Source: Christensenella sp. UBA7703 (GTDB taxonomy: Bacteria > Bacillota > Clostridia > Christensenellales > CAG-138). Taken from it: a stretch of DNA of 64,000 nt. The notes under the pieces were generated by a model, which saw nothing but the letters and a program-made list of their open reading frames with translations, ran no database searches and was not told the origin of the DNA. Every line of letters begins with the position of its first letter. Positions within the stretch are counted from its first letter, which is position 1. The translations under genes and the position numbers were made by a program. The stretch is from the NCBI GenBank assembly GCA_002482505.1, contig DLGD01000021.1, positions 27,085-91,084 of the forward strand, written 5' to 3'. Positions 17,090 to 28,092 of this stretch are shown here, in pieces.

Positions 17090-18613
17090 TTATTCCCACT
17101 CAATCGTTCCCGGCGGTTTGCTGGTGATGTCGTAAACCACACGGTTCACATGCGGCACCTCGGCAATAATTCGCTCGCTGATGCGCCGCAGAACCGGATA
17201 CGGTATCTCCGCCCATTCAACGGTCATCGCGTCGGTAGACGTCACCGCGCGCACGCCGATGATGTAGTCATAGGTGCGCTGATCGCCCATCACGCCGACA
17301 GTGCGCATGCCGGTAAACACCGTGAAATACTGCCAGATCGCTTCTGCAAGCCCCGCGTTCTTCACTTCTTCACGGAAGATATAGTCGCTTTTGCGCAGGA
17401 TGGCCAGCTTATCCTCCGTCACGTCGCCCAGAACGCGGATAGCAAGCCCCGGTCCCGGAAACGGCTGCCGCCAGACAAGCTCATGCGGAATACCGAGTGA
17501 TTCGCCAAGCGCACGCACTTCGTCCTTAAACAGCATTCTGAGCGGCTCAACGAGCCCGATAAACCCAATATCCTTAGGTAAGCCGCCGACGTTATGGTGA
17601 CTCTTGATCGTGCTCGCGCTGCTCGTGCCGCTCTCGATTACGTCCGGGTAGATCGTTCCTTGCAGCAGGAACTCCGCGCCACCGAGCTTTTTCGATTCCT
17701 CCTCAAACACACGGATAAACTCTTCACCGATGATCTTGCGCTTTCTTTCCGGCTCTGTCACACCCGCGAGTTTGCTGAGGAAGCGTTCCCGCGCATCCAC
17801 CTTGATGATGTTGAGCGAAAGCGTATCGTGATAGACCTGCATGACTTCTTCCGCTTCGTTCTCACGTAAAAGGCCGTGGTCAACGAATATGCAGGTCATC
17901 TGGCTGCCGACCGCCTCATGAACCAACACACTCGCGACGGAAGAATCTACCCCGCCGGAGAGCGCGCCGATCACACGTTTGTCTCCAACCTGCGCGCGGA
18001 TGCTCGCGATCAGCTCCTCCTTGAGGTTTGCCGCGCTGTAGTCACAGCGAAGGTTACAAACGCTCTTGAGGAAGTTTTCAAAGAGTTTCTGACCGTTTTG
18101 CGTATGCGTTACTTCCGCATGGAACTGAATTCCATACACCTTGCGCTCTTCGTCCGCAAACGCCGCGACTGGGCACGCATCAGTCGACGCAATCGCAGCA
18201 AACCCCTTCGGCGCGCGCGTGACGGAATCGTTGTGGTTCATCCACACCACACCGCCAAGCCCCGCAAAGAGCGGATGCTCTGTAAAACGAATCTTTGTGT
18301 GCCCATATTCGCGAATCGGTGCGGAGGCAATCGCTCCGCCAAACACCTTCGCGATATACTGCATGCCGTAGCAAATTCCAAGCACCGGAACGCCGAGTGA
18401 AAACACGGCGTTGTCGCAGGCCTTGGCGCCTTCTTCATAGGCGCTGTCCGGCCCTCCGGTCATGATGATCGCGCTGAGCGTTTCTCCCTTGATGCGTTCG
18501 ATTGGCGCATCGTGCGGGATCAGCTCGCTATACACCCCCGCCTCGCGCACGCGGCGCGCGATAAGCTGGTTATACTGCCCGCCAAAATCGAGGACTACAA
18601 CACGTTCCCGCAT
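17090..18613 (-). CDS. guaA: GMP synthase (glutamine-hydrolysing)
   Basis: 507 aa. GATase domain followed by the ATP-PPase motif SGGVDSSV. C-terminus ...PPGTIEWE. Confidence 0.95.
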   Translation of the reverse strand: MRERVVVLDFGGQYNQLIARRVREAGVYSELIPHDAPIERIKGETLSAIIMTGGPDSAYEEGAKACDNAVFSLGVPVLGICYGMQYIAKVFGGAIASAPIREYGHTKIRFTEHPLFAGLGGVVWMNHNDSVTRAPKGFAAIASTDACPVAAFADEERKVYGIQFHAEVTHTQNGQKLFENFLKSVCNLRCDYSAANLKEELIASIRAQVGDKRVIGALSGGVDSSVASVLVHEAVGSQMTCIFVDHGLLRENEAEEVMQVYHDTLSLNIIKVDARERFLSKLAGVTEPERKRKIIGEEFIRVFEEESKKLGGAEFLLQGTIYPDVIESGTSSASTIKSHHNVGGLPKDIGFIGLVEPLRMLFKDEVRALGESLGIPHELVWRQPFPGPGLAIRVLGDVTEDKLAILRKSDYIFREEVKNAGLAEAIWQYFTVFTGMRTVGVMGDQRTYDYIIGVRAVTSTDAMTVEWAEIPYPVLRRISERIIAEVPHVNRVVYDITSKPPGTIEWE

Positions 18614-18616
18614 ACC

Positions 18617-19192
18617 TTACTCCCCGCGGAAGACGACGCCGTTTTCGTCTGCCTGTTCGATGATGGCAAGCGATTCGAGGTGAACCCCCGCATCGCGCAG
18701 GCGTTGACCACCCGGCTGAAATCCTTTTTCAATCGCAACGCCGATGCCTAAGAGTTCCGCACCCGCTTCCTCCACAATCTCGACGAGGCCGCGCAGAGCC
18801 TCGCCGTTTGCGAGAAAATCGTCCACAACGAACACTTTGTCGCTGGCACTGAGCCATTGGCTTGCGACGATGAGGGTTACGTGCTTTTTATAGGTGTAGG
18901 AATAGATGTCGCTCTTATACAGTCCACCTTCAATGTTGTCCGACTTTGCTTTCTTTGCGAAAACGAGCGGCACACCAAATTCCTCCGCACAAATCGTCGC
19001 AAGTGCGATGCCGGAGGCCTCGACCGTCAACACTGCCGTGAGTCCGTTTAAATCAAAAAGCTTTTTGAACTCCTTCGCCATGTTGCGCATCAGCGCCGTA
19101 TCCACGCGGTGGTTCAAAAAGCCATCAACCTTTATGATGTTTCCGGGAAGCACACGCCCCTCGGCGCGAATTCGATCCTGCAACTGCTTCAT
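18617..19192 (-). CDS. xpt: Xanthine phosphoribosyltransferase
   Basis: MKQLQDRIRAEGRVLPGNIIKVDGFLNHRVD is the typical Xpt N-terminus. PRPP motif VFVVDDFLANGEA. Lies 3 nt upstream of guaA. Confidence 0.9.
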   Translation of the reverse strand: MKQLQDRIRAEGRVLPGNIIKVDGFLNHRVDTALMRNMAKEFKKLFDLNGLTAVLTVEASGIALATICAEEFGVPLVFAKKAKSDNIEGGLYKSDIYSYTYKKHVTLIVASQWLSASDKVFVVDDFLANGEALRGLVEIVEEAGAELLGIGVAIEKGFQPGGQRLRDAGVHLESLAIIEQADENGVVFRGE

Positions 19193-19351
19193 TCTGCACC
19201 AACTCCCATCTCTTCCAAATAATGCGTCCATTATCGCGCAAATCACGAACGGAATCAAGTTTTTACGCAAATTTCGTCAAAAGTAGTCGAATACAGCTTC
19301 TGAGTCCCGTTTTTGTGCGCTTTCCTACTGTTATCACTCGTGTAATAAGAA

Positions 19352-19378
19352 ACGCCGCAGGGAAGCTCCTTGCGGCGT
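19352..19378 (-). terminator. Rho-independent terminator downstream of hup
   Basis: Stem ACGCCGCA / TGCGGCGT, with a T-rich run on the minus strand. Confidence 0.7.
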
Positions 19379-19395
19379 AAGAAACACGATTCTGT

Positions 19396-19668
19396 TTAGT
19401 TGAGCGAATCCTTGAGCGCTTTGCCGGCCTTAAAGGTGGGCAGCTTGGACGCGGGGATGTCGATCTCCTTGCGGGTCTGCGGGTTGTGGCCTTTGCGGGC
19501 GGGGCGAACCTTCGCCTCAAAGGTGCCAAAGCCAACGATGGAAACCTTGTCGCCAGCCTTAAGGGACTCTTCGACAGCACTCAGAAATGCGACGACCGCT
19601 TTTTCTGCATCTTTTTTCGAGAGTTCACTCTTCTCCGCGACGGCCGCGATCAAATCGGTTTTATTCAT
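19396..19668 (-). CDS. hup: DNA-binding protein HU
   Basis: [25 protein letters not shown]...GFGTFE...ARKGHNPQT, 90 aa from the internal ATG. Confidence 0.95.
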   Translation of the reverse strand: MNKTDLIAAVAEKSELSKKDAEKAVVAFLSAVEESLKAGDKVSIVGFGTFEAKVRPARKGHNPQTRKEIDIPASKLPTFKAGKALKDSLN

Positions 19669-19750
19669 TGTAAAATAACCTCCATGAATTTTTCGTTGCT
19701 GGAACATTGTATCAATCTTGGCGACGAATGGCAAGCCTTAAATTGTGAAT

Positions 19751-21172
19751 TTATTCCGTAATTCGGCACTTTTTGGCTTCATCCCAAAGTTGATCCTGCT
19801 CAGAAAACGTCAGATCTTTCAACTCGTTCCCGCGCGATTTGGCGAGAGATTCCATGGTTTCAAACCGGTTGATGAATTTATCTGTCGCCTGCATGAGCAA
19901 GAATTCCGGCTCAAGCTTGAGCAATCTTGCTACATTGACAACCGCAAACAGCAGGTCGCCCATCTCTTCTTCAATATGGCTCCCCTGCTCCATTGCCTCA
20001 CGCAGCTCTTCTGTCTCCTCAGCAATCTTAAAAAACGCTTGTTGCGCACTCTCCCAGTCAAACCCTACATCCGCTGCTTTTTTTTGCACTTTTCTGCTGC
20101 GTAATAGCGCGGGAAAGCTCTTTGGCACACTCTTAAGCACTTCGGTCTGTGTGGTTTGCTTTCGTTGAGACATTTTCAGTGCGTCCCAGTTCTTCAGCAC
20201 TTCGTCCGAGCCACTGACGCGGATATCGCCAAAGACGTGCGGGTGACGATAGATGAGCTTTTCAACCAGCTCTGTGCACGCATCCCGCGCGGTAAAGGCG
20301 CTCTGTTCTTCCGCAATCGCCGCATGCAGCGCAAACTGCAGAAGTACGTCGCCCATCTCTTCGCAGATATGCGCGTCGTCATCTTCGTCAATTGCGTCGA
20401 TGAGCTCATAGCTTTCCTCTAGCAGCGCGTTCTTGAGCGACTCGTGTGTTTGTTCCCGATCCCAGGGACAGCCGTTTGGCGCACGAAGTCTGCGCACAAT
20501 GCGCATCACATCGTCAAATCCGTGCTGCGTCCGGGTTTCGTAATCTGTTCTGCAAACATAGAGTATCGTCGTTGCATCATAATGATTCTGACGATCCAGT
20601 TCACAGAGCTTAATATCATACGAACCATATACTCCGTCTGTGCCAATCGAAGCGAGCGTTGCCGGCGATTCATCCGGAAAAAACTCGCTTAAAAACAGCT
20701 TTGCTTCACCTGCAATCATCCGGGAGTCGATTTCCTCGACCACATAGCTTTGCTCCGGGTCGATCTGCTCCGCCAGGTCATGCGCGGAGATGACAATTGC
20801 GGGTTCACGATCCGGGAAAGCGACCGCTCCCGCGCTCATATGCGGCAGTACATCCACGCGAATTTTACGCGTCTGCGCCCCCTGTCGGATAGCAGGTAGT
20901 TGACTGTTTTGGATGCTGCCTGTTGCGAGATAGACACAATCTCCTGCGTCACAAAGCCGCTTTGCAACCGCGGCGTTGAGTATGTCAAAATCTTCGGACG
21001 AATCAAACAGGTCGTCCATTGCTGTATAGGCAAGATGTAGGTCAAGCAAAACCTTCGCAGATGGGTGCTTTTCCGTTTGCAAAAACAGCGGCAACCCCCT
21101 TGTGAGCGTTTGCTGCTGCGCAAGCGTAAGCGCCGCAGGCGCAGGCAATAGAACGATGGTAATGGTTTGCAT
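19751..21172 (-). CDS. mazG: YabN-type fusion: tetrapyrrole-methylase-like domain plus MazG nucleoside triphosphate pyrophosphohydrolase
   Basis: Two MazG EExxE repeats (LLEESYELIDAI, EETEELREAM). The N-terminal methylase-like domain starts at the internal ATG (MQTITIV). Confidence 0.85.
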   Translation of the reverse strand: MQTITIVLLPAPAALTLAQQQTLTRGLPLFLQTEKHPSAKVLLDLHLAYTAMDDLFDSSEDFDILNAAVAKRLCDAGDCVYLATGSIQNSQLPAIRQGAQTRKIRVDVLPHMSAGAVAFPDREPAIVISAHDLAEQIDPEQSYVVEEIDSRMIAGEAKLFLSEFFPDESPATLASIGTDGVYGSYDIKLCELDRQNHYDATTILYVCRTDYETRTQHGFDDVMRIVRRLRAPNGCPWDREQTHESLKNALLEESYELIDAIDEDDDAHICEEMGDVLLQFALHAAIAEEQSAFTARDACTELVEKLIYRHPHVFGDIRVSGSDEVLKNWDALKMSQRKQTTQTEVLKSVPKSFPALLRSRKVQKKAADVGFDWESAQQAFFKIAEETEELREAMEQGSHIEEEMGDLLFAVVNVARLLKLEPEFLLMQATDKFINRFETMESLAKSRGNELKDLTFSEQDQLWDEAKKCRITE

Positions 21173-21191
21173 GCGTTGCCTTTCCTTGGGT

Positions 21192-22790
21192 TTATTTACG
21201 GCGGAACTGGAGCTTTGCAAGAATCGAACCGCCGGGGATGAACGCGAGGTCTTCCTCCGAGAACATACGCATCCAGAGCACACCGATGAGATACAGCACA
21301 ATGCCGATCAAGATTGCGCCCGCCGTCGCAACCGTATTGGAAGAGATCTTTGCATGAATCAGCCCGTAGCTAAAGTAAGCAGCACCGCCCATGATCAGCG
21401 CGGCAACGGTTGGCTTGATGAACGTATCCAGTACGTTGAGCTTGAGTTTTGTAAAGCGGATCAGATAGATCGCGTCGAGAACACCCGCAACGATATAGCA
21501 TGCGGTCGTCGAGATTGCAGCGCCCTGAATCTCGATTGCCGGGTTCCTCATCAAGGTCAACATCAGCACAACCTTGACCACACCGCCGATAAAGAGATTG
21601 ACCACAGGAATGTGCTGCTTGCCTGCGCCCTGAAGGATGCCGGTGAGCGTTTGCACCAGGGAAAGAAAGATCACGCCGATTGCGGATGTGCGCATCAGCG
21701 CGCTCGCGATTGCAAGGCGCTGGTCGTCGATCTTGTACAGCAGGTCGATGACCGGCGCGGAGAGCGCAAACAGTCCTACTGCGCACGGAATACCGATAAA
21801 CATGGCAAGCTTGATCCCCATCGCAGAGACGGTATGGATCGCCTTTTGATCCTTTGCTGTGCGCGCGGCAGAGATCGCCGGAACAAGGCTCATGGCAAGC
21901 GCTATTGTCAGCACCGCCGGCATGTTGATGATGTTGGTGACGTTGCTTCTCAGCGCGACATATCGCATGGAGGCTGCCGCTTCGCTAAAGCCAATACTCA
22001 TGAGCGTGCTCTTGATGAGAGACGCGTCAACAATACCCGTAATCGGCATAATCGAAGCGCCGATGGTGACGGGAATCGCGATTGCAAGCAGCCCTCGAAT
22101 GATCCCCCTGTCACCGGTGTGCTCGCTTAATGCGGATTCTCCCAACTCAATATCACGTTTGCGGAAGAGATAGAACGCACCAACGACGATCAACGCCAGC
22201 AGTTCCGAAATCGTCACGCCGGCAACTGCGCCCATCGCGCCATATTCCAGTCCACGCGGCATCCAGCGCGCCGCCAAGTAAAGACCGATCGCAAGTTTGC
22301 CCGCCTGTTCCGCAAGCTGGGACATCGCGGTACCCGTCATCTTTTGCAAGCCCTGCAGATAACCGCGATAGGAACACATCACGGAGACAATCAGCAACGC
22401 GGGCGCCATCACGCGAAACGATGGAGCCGCCAGCGGGCCAACAGTCATGCGCGCAAGAATATCTGCGCCAAAATACATCAAAGCGGTGGTTACGATACCG
22501 ATGCTGCTGAGTAACAACTGCGACTTGCGGAACACGCGTTTTGCGCCGGCGATATCGCCAATCGCCGTGCGCTCCGCTACCATGCGCGAAATCGCGGTTG
22601 GCAACCCGGCGGAGCTGATGACAAGCAATGTGGAATAATACGGATACACCGCCTCATAATACTGCATGCCATCGCCAAGCATATTGTAAAGCGGAATACG
22701 GAAAAACGCGCCGATGACCTTGCAGATCAACCCGGCGATTCCGAGGATAAATGCGCCTTTGACAAATGCCTTATTGTTGTTTTTTGCCAT
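21192..22790 (-). CDS. MOP-superfamily flippase (SpoVB/MurJ-like polysaccharide or lipid II exporter)
   Basis: 532 aa with about 14 TM segments. N-terminus KGAFILGIAGLICKVIGAFFRIPL. Synteny with yabN as in Bacillus yabM/spoVB. Confidence 0.8.
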   Translation of the reverse strand: MAKNNNKAFVKGAFILGIAGLICKVIGAFFRIPLYNMLGDGMQYYEAVYPYYSTLLVISSAGLPTAISRMVAERTAIGDIAGAKRVFRKSQLLLSSIGIVTTALMYFGADILARMTVGPLAAPSFRVMAPALLIVSVMCSYRGYLQGLQKMTGTAMSQLAEQAGKLAIGLYLAARWMPRGLEYGAMGAVAGVTISELLALIVVGAFYLFRKRDIELGESALSEHTGDRGIIRGLLAIAIPVTIGASIMPITGIVDASLIKSTLMSIGFSEAAASMRYVALRSNVTNIINMPAVLTIALAMSLVPAISAARTAKDQKAIHTVSAMGIKLAMFIGIPCAVGLFALSAPVIDLLYKIDDQRLAIASALMRTSAIGVIFLSLVQTLTGILQGAGKQHIPVVNLFIGGVVKVVLMLTLMRNPAIEIQGAAISTTACYIVAGVLDAIYLIRFTKLKLNVLDTFIKPTVAALIMGGAAYFSYGLIHAKISSNTVATAGAILIGIVLYLIGVLWMRMFSEEDLAFIPGGSILAKLQFRRK

Positions 22791-22948
22791 GCTTCCAATT
22801 CCTTTATTGATGCGATATTGCTCGCGTTCATTCTTTGTGTAATCGTTTCGCAGGCAGCGCCGCGATGGCGATATTATACCACCTTTCCTACCCTATGTCA
22901 TCTTTTCGCCTGTTCTCGCCCGCGTCATTTTCGCTGTGTCTGAGCATC

Positions 22949-22977
22949 TCGACAAACAAAGATAGCGTTGGTATAAT
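22949..22977 (+). promoter_or_regulatory. Sigma-A-like promoter (TCGACA-17 nt-TATAAT with TG extension)
   Basis: Read directly from the sequence, about 30 nt upstream of ATG 23008. Confidence 0.5.
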
Positions 22978-23007
22978 GTTTGTATTACAGATATGGAGGT
23001 TAGTGCG

Positions 23008-24204
23008 ATGGGTTTGTTATCCGCCGCCACCGGCGCAATCAGCGGCGTGTTGGCTGATCAATGGAGAGAGTATTTTTACTGCGAGGCCATGGGAGCGGAC
23101 GTTCTTGTCTCCAAAGGGCAGAAACGTATCAATGAAAAACGCAGCTCGAACACCAAGGCTTCCGACAACATCATCACCAACGGTTCCATCATCGCCGTCA
23201 ATGACGGACAATTCATGATGATTGTGGAACAGGGTAAGGTCGTGGATTTCACCGCTGAGTCTGGCGAGTATGTATACGACAAGTCGACCGAGCCTTCGCT
23301 GTTCTACGGCGGCTTCGGCAAGGGGATTCTGGAATCGCTGAAGATCATCGGGCGCAGATTCACCTTTGGCGGAGACACGGCAAAGGATCAGCGCGTCTAT
23401 TTCTTCAACACCAAAGAAATTCTTGGCAACAAATATGGCACGGCGAACCCCGTCCCCTTCCGCATCGTGGATAAGAACGTGGGACTCGATATCGACATTG
23501 CGATTCGCTGCTATGGCGAATATTCCTATAAGTTTGTCGATCCGATTCTGTTCTATAAAAACGTCTGCGGCAATGTGGAAAGCGAATACACCAGGGATCA
23601 GATCGACAGCCAGCTCAAGAGCGAGCTCATGACCGCTCTGCAGCCCGCGTTTGCGAGAATCAGTGAGATGGGCCTTCGCTACAGCGCGCTGCCCGGCCAC
23701 GCAAAAGAGATTGCAAATGCGCTGAATCTGGAGCTTTCTGCTGACTGGAAAGAGCTCCGCGGCATCGAGATCGCCTCCTTTGGCGTCAGCTCCGTCACGG
23801 CTTCTCCGGAAGACGAAGAGCGCATCAAGCAGCTCCAGCAGGCGGCGGCGCTCAAAGACCCGACCATGGCGGCAGCCGTACTTGCCAGCGCGCAGGCGCA
23901 GGCGATGCAGGACGCGGCAAAGAACGAAAACGGCGCGTTTATGGCGTTTGCCGGCATGAACGCCGCGCAGAACGCAGGCGGAACCAACGCGGCAACGCTC
24001 TTTGGCATGGGACAGCAGCAGCAAGCGCAGCAGGCGGCTTCCGGCTGGACCTGCGCGAAGTGCGGGCAGACCGGCAACACCGGCAAGTTCTGTTCCAACT
24101 GCGGCGCGCCGAGACCCGAAGCGGGCTGGACCTGTGCCAAGTGCGGACAAACCGGAAATACCGGCAAATTCTGCTCCAACTGCGGCGCTGCAAAACCGGA
24201 GTAA
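23008..24204 (+). CDS. SPFH-domain (YdjI / virion-core-like) protein with a Gln/Ala-rich linker and two C-terminal zinc-ribbon repeats
   Basis: ATG 23008 lies 8 nt after GGAGG. The N-terminus MGLLSAATGAISGVLADQWREYFYC is typical of COG4260 SPFH proteins. The C-terminus carries 2x GWTCAKCGQTGNTGKFCSNCGA. Confidence 0.75.
   Translation: MGLLSAATGAISGVLADQWREYFYCEAMGADVLVSKGQKRINEKRSSNTKASDNIITNGSIIAVNDGQFMMIVEQGKVVDFTAESGEYVYDKSTEPSLFYGGFGKGILESLKIIGRRFTFGGDTAKDQRVYFFNTKEILGNKYGTANPVPFRIVDKNVGLDIDIAIRCYGEYSYKFVDPILFYKNVCGNVESEYTRDQIDSQLKSELMTALQPAFARISEMGLRYSALPGHAKEIANALNLELSADWKELRGIEIASFGVSSVTASPEDEERIKQLQQAAALKDPTMAAAVLASAQAQAMQDAAKNENGAFMAFAGMNAAQNAGGTNAATLFGMGQQQQAQQAASGWTCAKCGQTGNTGKFCSNCGAPRPEAGWTCAKCGQTGNTGKFCSNCGAAKPE
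24043..24201 (+). repeat. In-frame tandem duplication (81 nt plus 78 nt) encoding two zinc-ribbon units
   Basis: 22 identical residues per unit. The DNA copies differ at 9 synonymous third positions within that identical stretch. Confidence 0.9.
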
Positions 24205-24218
24205 ACAAAACAGACGCA

Positions 24219-24255
24219 AAGAACCGCTCTCGTTTGAGGGCGGTTCTTTTTTTTC
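24219..24255 (+). terminator. Rho-independent terminator
   Basis: Stem AGAACCGC..GCGGTTCT followed by TTTTTTTT. Confidence 0.8.
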
Positions 24256-24295
24256 CCTTTCTGGCTTGTCATACTTGTAATTTTTGTCTGACGCA

Positions 24296-25006
24296 TCAAG
24301 CTAGCGCGATGTACACATCCATATACTCCACACCGTCTTTGATATAGACCTTTTCAAAACAAATCGTCTCCTGCTGGTTTTCGGCTTTCATGGCAAGCTT
24401 GTTTTCTTTTATATAGCGCAATAGGTTTTTGTATCCGTTGGGAATGAGTTGAAACGCTGCACTCATCGGCTCTGTAATCGTTATTGCGGCATACTTCCCC
24501 GCTTCCTGCCAAACAAGCTCAGCCCCCTCGCAGGTAGGAGCAAAATCGGCAGGAACGATGCAAGCGGAAACATACCCGCGCAGATTAAAGACATTGATCT
24601 GTTCCTGCGAAAGAAACGGAAAATCCCAACCAATCAACTCAAGTTTATGGTTCGGTAGTGCAGCAAGGCCGTTCTTTTCCGCCCAGTTTTTCATCAGAAG
24701 AATCGAATCGTCCTCCGGTGTGGCGCTGATGACCACGTGCCGCGCCATGCGGAAGCGCTCGAGGGATTCAATCCGTACCTCAGAGTAGGCGTCTTTCCGG
24801 CGCGTCATGTCGCTGCGGAGTAGTTGGTCCATCGTGCAGGAAAAGAAATCACAGAGTTCAAAGATTTTTTCGATGACTGGATATGCTTCGTCCGATTCCC
24901 ACTTTGAAATAGTTTGCCGCGACACATCCAATTTTTCCGCGAGAGATTCCTGCGTCATTGAATCACGCATGTGACGAAGGTATTGCAAATTCGTTCCGAA
25001 ACTCAT
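24296..25006 (-). CDS. XRE-family HTH regulator with a C-terminal GyrI-like (AraC effector-binding) domain
   Basis: HTH MTQESLAEKLDVSRQTISKWESDEAYP. The ~150-aa C-terminal domain ends ...FEKVYIKDGVEYMDVYIALA. ATG 25006 follows GAGGAA. Confidence 0.75.
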   Translation of the reverse strand: MSFGTNLQYLRHMRDSMTQESLAEKLDVSRQTISKWESDEAYPVIEKIFELCDFFSCTMDQLLRSDMTRRKDAYSEVRIESLERFRMARHVVISATPEDDSILLMKNWAEKNGLAALPNHKLELIGWDFPFLSQEQINVFNLRGYVSACIVPADFAPTCEGAELVWQEAGKYAAITITEPMSAAFQLIPNGYKNLLRYIKENKLAMKAENQQETICFEKVYIKDGVEYMDVYIALA

Positions 25007-25163
25007 ATGTGCGCTTCCTCTCAATTTGATGTAAAAAATGATATCGGGTTTTACTTCGCAACTCCACCGTGCTTCGGTGGCGTTTTGGCTGAGTTAGTCA
25101 AGTAGCGGTTGCGAAAGTATCGTATCATACTTCACATAATCGTGCACAACCAATTTCGTACAA

Positions 25164-25189
25164 AAAACCATCTGCAAACGGATGGTTTT
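25164..25189. terminator. Terminator-like hairpin
   Basis: Stem AAAACCATC / GATGGTTTT with an 8-nt loop and A/T runs on both sides. Confidence 0.5.
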
Positions 25190-25196
25190 ACTTTAA

Positions 25197-25213
25197 CAGG
25201 GGCACTAGGACTC
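25197..25213. repeat. 17-bp direct repeat of the tRNA-Trp 3' end (CAGGGGCACTAGGACTC)
   Basis: Identical to 25379..25395 inside tRNA-Trp. Confidence 0.9.
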
Positions 25214-25281
25214 TCCACTTCGCCTGCGGACATCTTGCGCTTCGCGCGGCGCTGCCTCGTGGCGGCGCTCCCCTGCCGCTA

Positions 25282-25304
25282 AAAACGCCGCACTGCGGCG
25301 TTTT
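25282..25304. terminator. Terminator-like hairpin
   Basis: Stem ACGCCGC / GCGGCGT flanked by AAAA and TTTT. Confidence 0.5.
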
Positions 25305-25315
25305 CTTGACGCGAC

Positions 25316-25326
25316 TTCGAGTCCTA
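25316..25326. repeat. Inverted 11-nt copy of the tRNA-Trp T-loop segment (TTCGAGTCCTA)
   Basis: Reverse complement of 25388..25398 inside tRNA-Trp. Confidence 0.8.
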
Positions 25327-25343
25327 CCGGAACAAATGCAAAA

Positions 25344-25372
25344 GAAATGACCACCCGTCGGGTGGTCATTTC
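25344..25372 (-). terminator. Terminator immediately downstream of tRNA-Trp
   Basis: Stem GAAATGACCACCC / GGGTGGTCATTTC with a T-run. Confidence 0.75.
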
Positions 25373-25375
25373 TTT

Positions 25376-25449
25376 TGGCAGGGGCACTAGGACTCGAACC
25401 CAGAAGAACGGTTTTGGAGACCGCTATGTTACCATTACATCATGCCCCT
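25376..25449 (-). tRNA. trnW: tRNA-Trp (anticodon CCA), CCA end encoded
   Basis: Manual cloverleaf: acceptor AGGGGCA/TGCCCCT, anticodon loop CTCCAAA, T-loop TTCGAGT, 3' GCCA. Confidence 0.9.
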
Positions 25450-25493
25450 AATTTGGTCAGCAAGCGTATTATAGCAAAACGCCCGACCCATTG

Positions 25494-26417
25494 TCAAACA
25501 AATTGAACGATATAATCGCGCAAATTTTGATAGGCGATGCGATAGACATCCGCCTCCGAAAATCCGCGTTTGAGAAGCGCCTCAAACAACGCCGGAAAAT
25601 CACGGCTCGTCTTAAAATCCTTCGGATACTGTTGCATGCCGTCCAGGTCGGAACCGATGGCGCAGCAGCCGATTCCGCCGATTTCCACCACACGGCAGAT
25701 ATGGCGCACGATATCGTCAATCGTCGCAACGTTATTCTTTGTGAGTTGCTGATAATAAAAATTGATGCCGACCGTGCCGCCTTGTTTCGCGATCTCTCGA
25801 ATGAGTTCGTCGCTCAGCGAGCGCGGGTGCTCATGCATACTCCGCGCATTGGAATGCGAAGCAAACACAGGCCGCGTTGCGCGGGCAAGTACCTGATCAA
25901 TTCCCTTGTCACTCAGGTGAGATACATCAATCGCCACGCCGAGCGCACACATCTCATCGATGATGTCTCTGCCGATTGCGCTCAAGCCCTTGTTTCCACG
26001 TCCCATCGCGGCGCCCGCCAACTCGTTGTTTTCGTTCCATGTGAGCGTTATCGCGCGCACGCCGAGGCGATACAGCACGCGTAGAATCGCCATGCTGCCA
26101 TCCACCGCTTCCCCGCCTTCAACCGTGAGTACAGTTGCAATCTTTCCGTTTTCCGGCGTGAACTCCCGCGTCAGCGGCACAAGTTCGCTGTGTGCGTCCA
26201 GCATACGCTCATAAGCATCGATCATCGCAACGCACTGGTGCAGCGGCGGAGCATCAAGCGCCGTGTCGATCCAGCAGGCAAAAAACTGCATCGCGACTCC
26301 GCCTTGCAGAAGATCGTCCAGACGGATTGTCTGCTCCCGCTTGGGTTTTTTCAGGTCATAGCCGGACTGTACCGCACCATAAAGATAATCACAATGCCCG
26401 TCCGCAACAGGAAACAT
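25494..26417 (-). CDS. Membrane dipeptidase (peptidase family M19)
   Basis: N-terminus MFPVADGHCDYLYG (DGHxD motif). ATG 26417 follows GGAGGG. Length and the HSNA motif fit M19. Confidence 0.85.
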   Translation of the reverse strand: MFPVADGHCDYLYGAVQSGYDLKKPKREQTIRLDDLLQGGVAMQFFACWIDTALDAPPLHQCVAMIDAYERMLDAHSELVPLTREFTPENGKIATVLTVEGGEAVDGSMAILRVLYRLGVRAITLTWNENNELAGAAMGRGNKGLSAIGRDIIDEMCALGVAIDVSHLSDKGIDQVLARATRPVFASHSNARSMHEHPRSLSDELIREIAKQGGTVGINFYYQQLTKNNVATIDDIVRHICRVVEIGGIGCCAIGSDLDGMQQYPKDFKTSRDFPALFEALLKRGFSEADVYRIAYQNLRDYIVQFV

Positions 26418-26553
26418 AGGGGTGCCCTCCATGTGTCTGACCGTGTTCAACCGCGGACAAACAGAACTGAACTGATTTCGTGTAATGCTTTCGTAAGCGC
26501 GATGTCAACAAACGGGGCATGGCGAACCATGCCCCGATCTGTATTCGATTGTC

Positions 26554-28092
<1,539 letters not shown>

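Noticed and set aside
19193-19350. Expected purine (guanine/xanthine) riboswitch upstream of xpt-guaA
   Set aside because: The minus-strand leader lacks the conserved AUAUGG, GUUUCUACC and CCGUAAAU blocks. I see only a plausible promoter (TTGATT-17-GATAAT) and a short leader. A cmsearch with RF00167 would settle it.
25116-25131. Imperfect palindrome AGTATCGTATCATACT upstream of the XRE/GyrI-like regulator, as a possible autoregulatory operator
   Set aside because: Only 12 of 16 positions are symmetric, and the promoter could not be placed. This is too weak to call.
25197-25330. A second tRNA or tRNA pseudogene downstream of tRNA-Trp
   Set aside because: The acceptor strands pair only partly, and no T-arm, D-arm or anticodon arm can be folded. 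Only the 17-nt 3' segment and an inverted 11-mer are tRNA-derived.
25205-25387. Tracked 60-aa ORF on the minus strand
   Set aside because: It runs through the tRNA-Trp 3' end, its terminator and the repeat spacer. It has an Arg/Ala-rich composition, no RBS and no recognisable motif.
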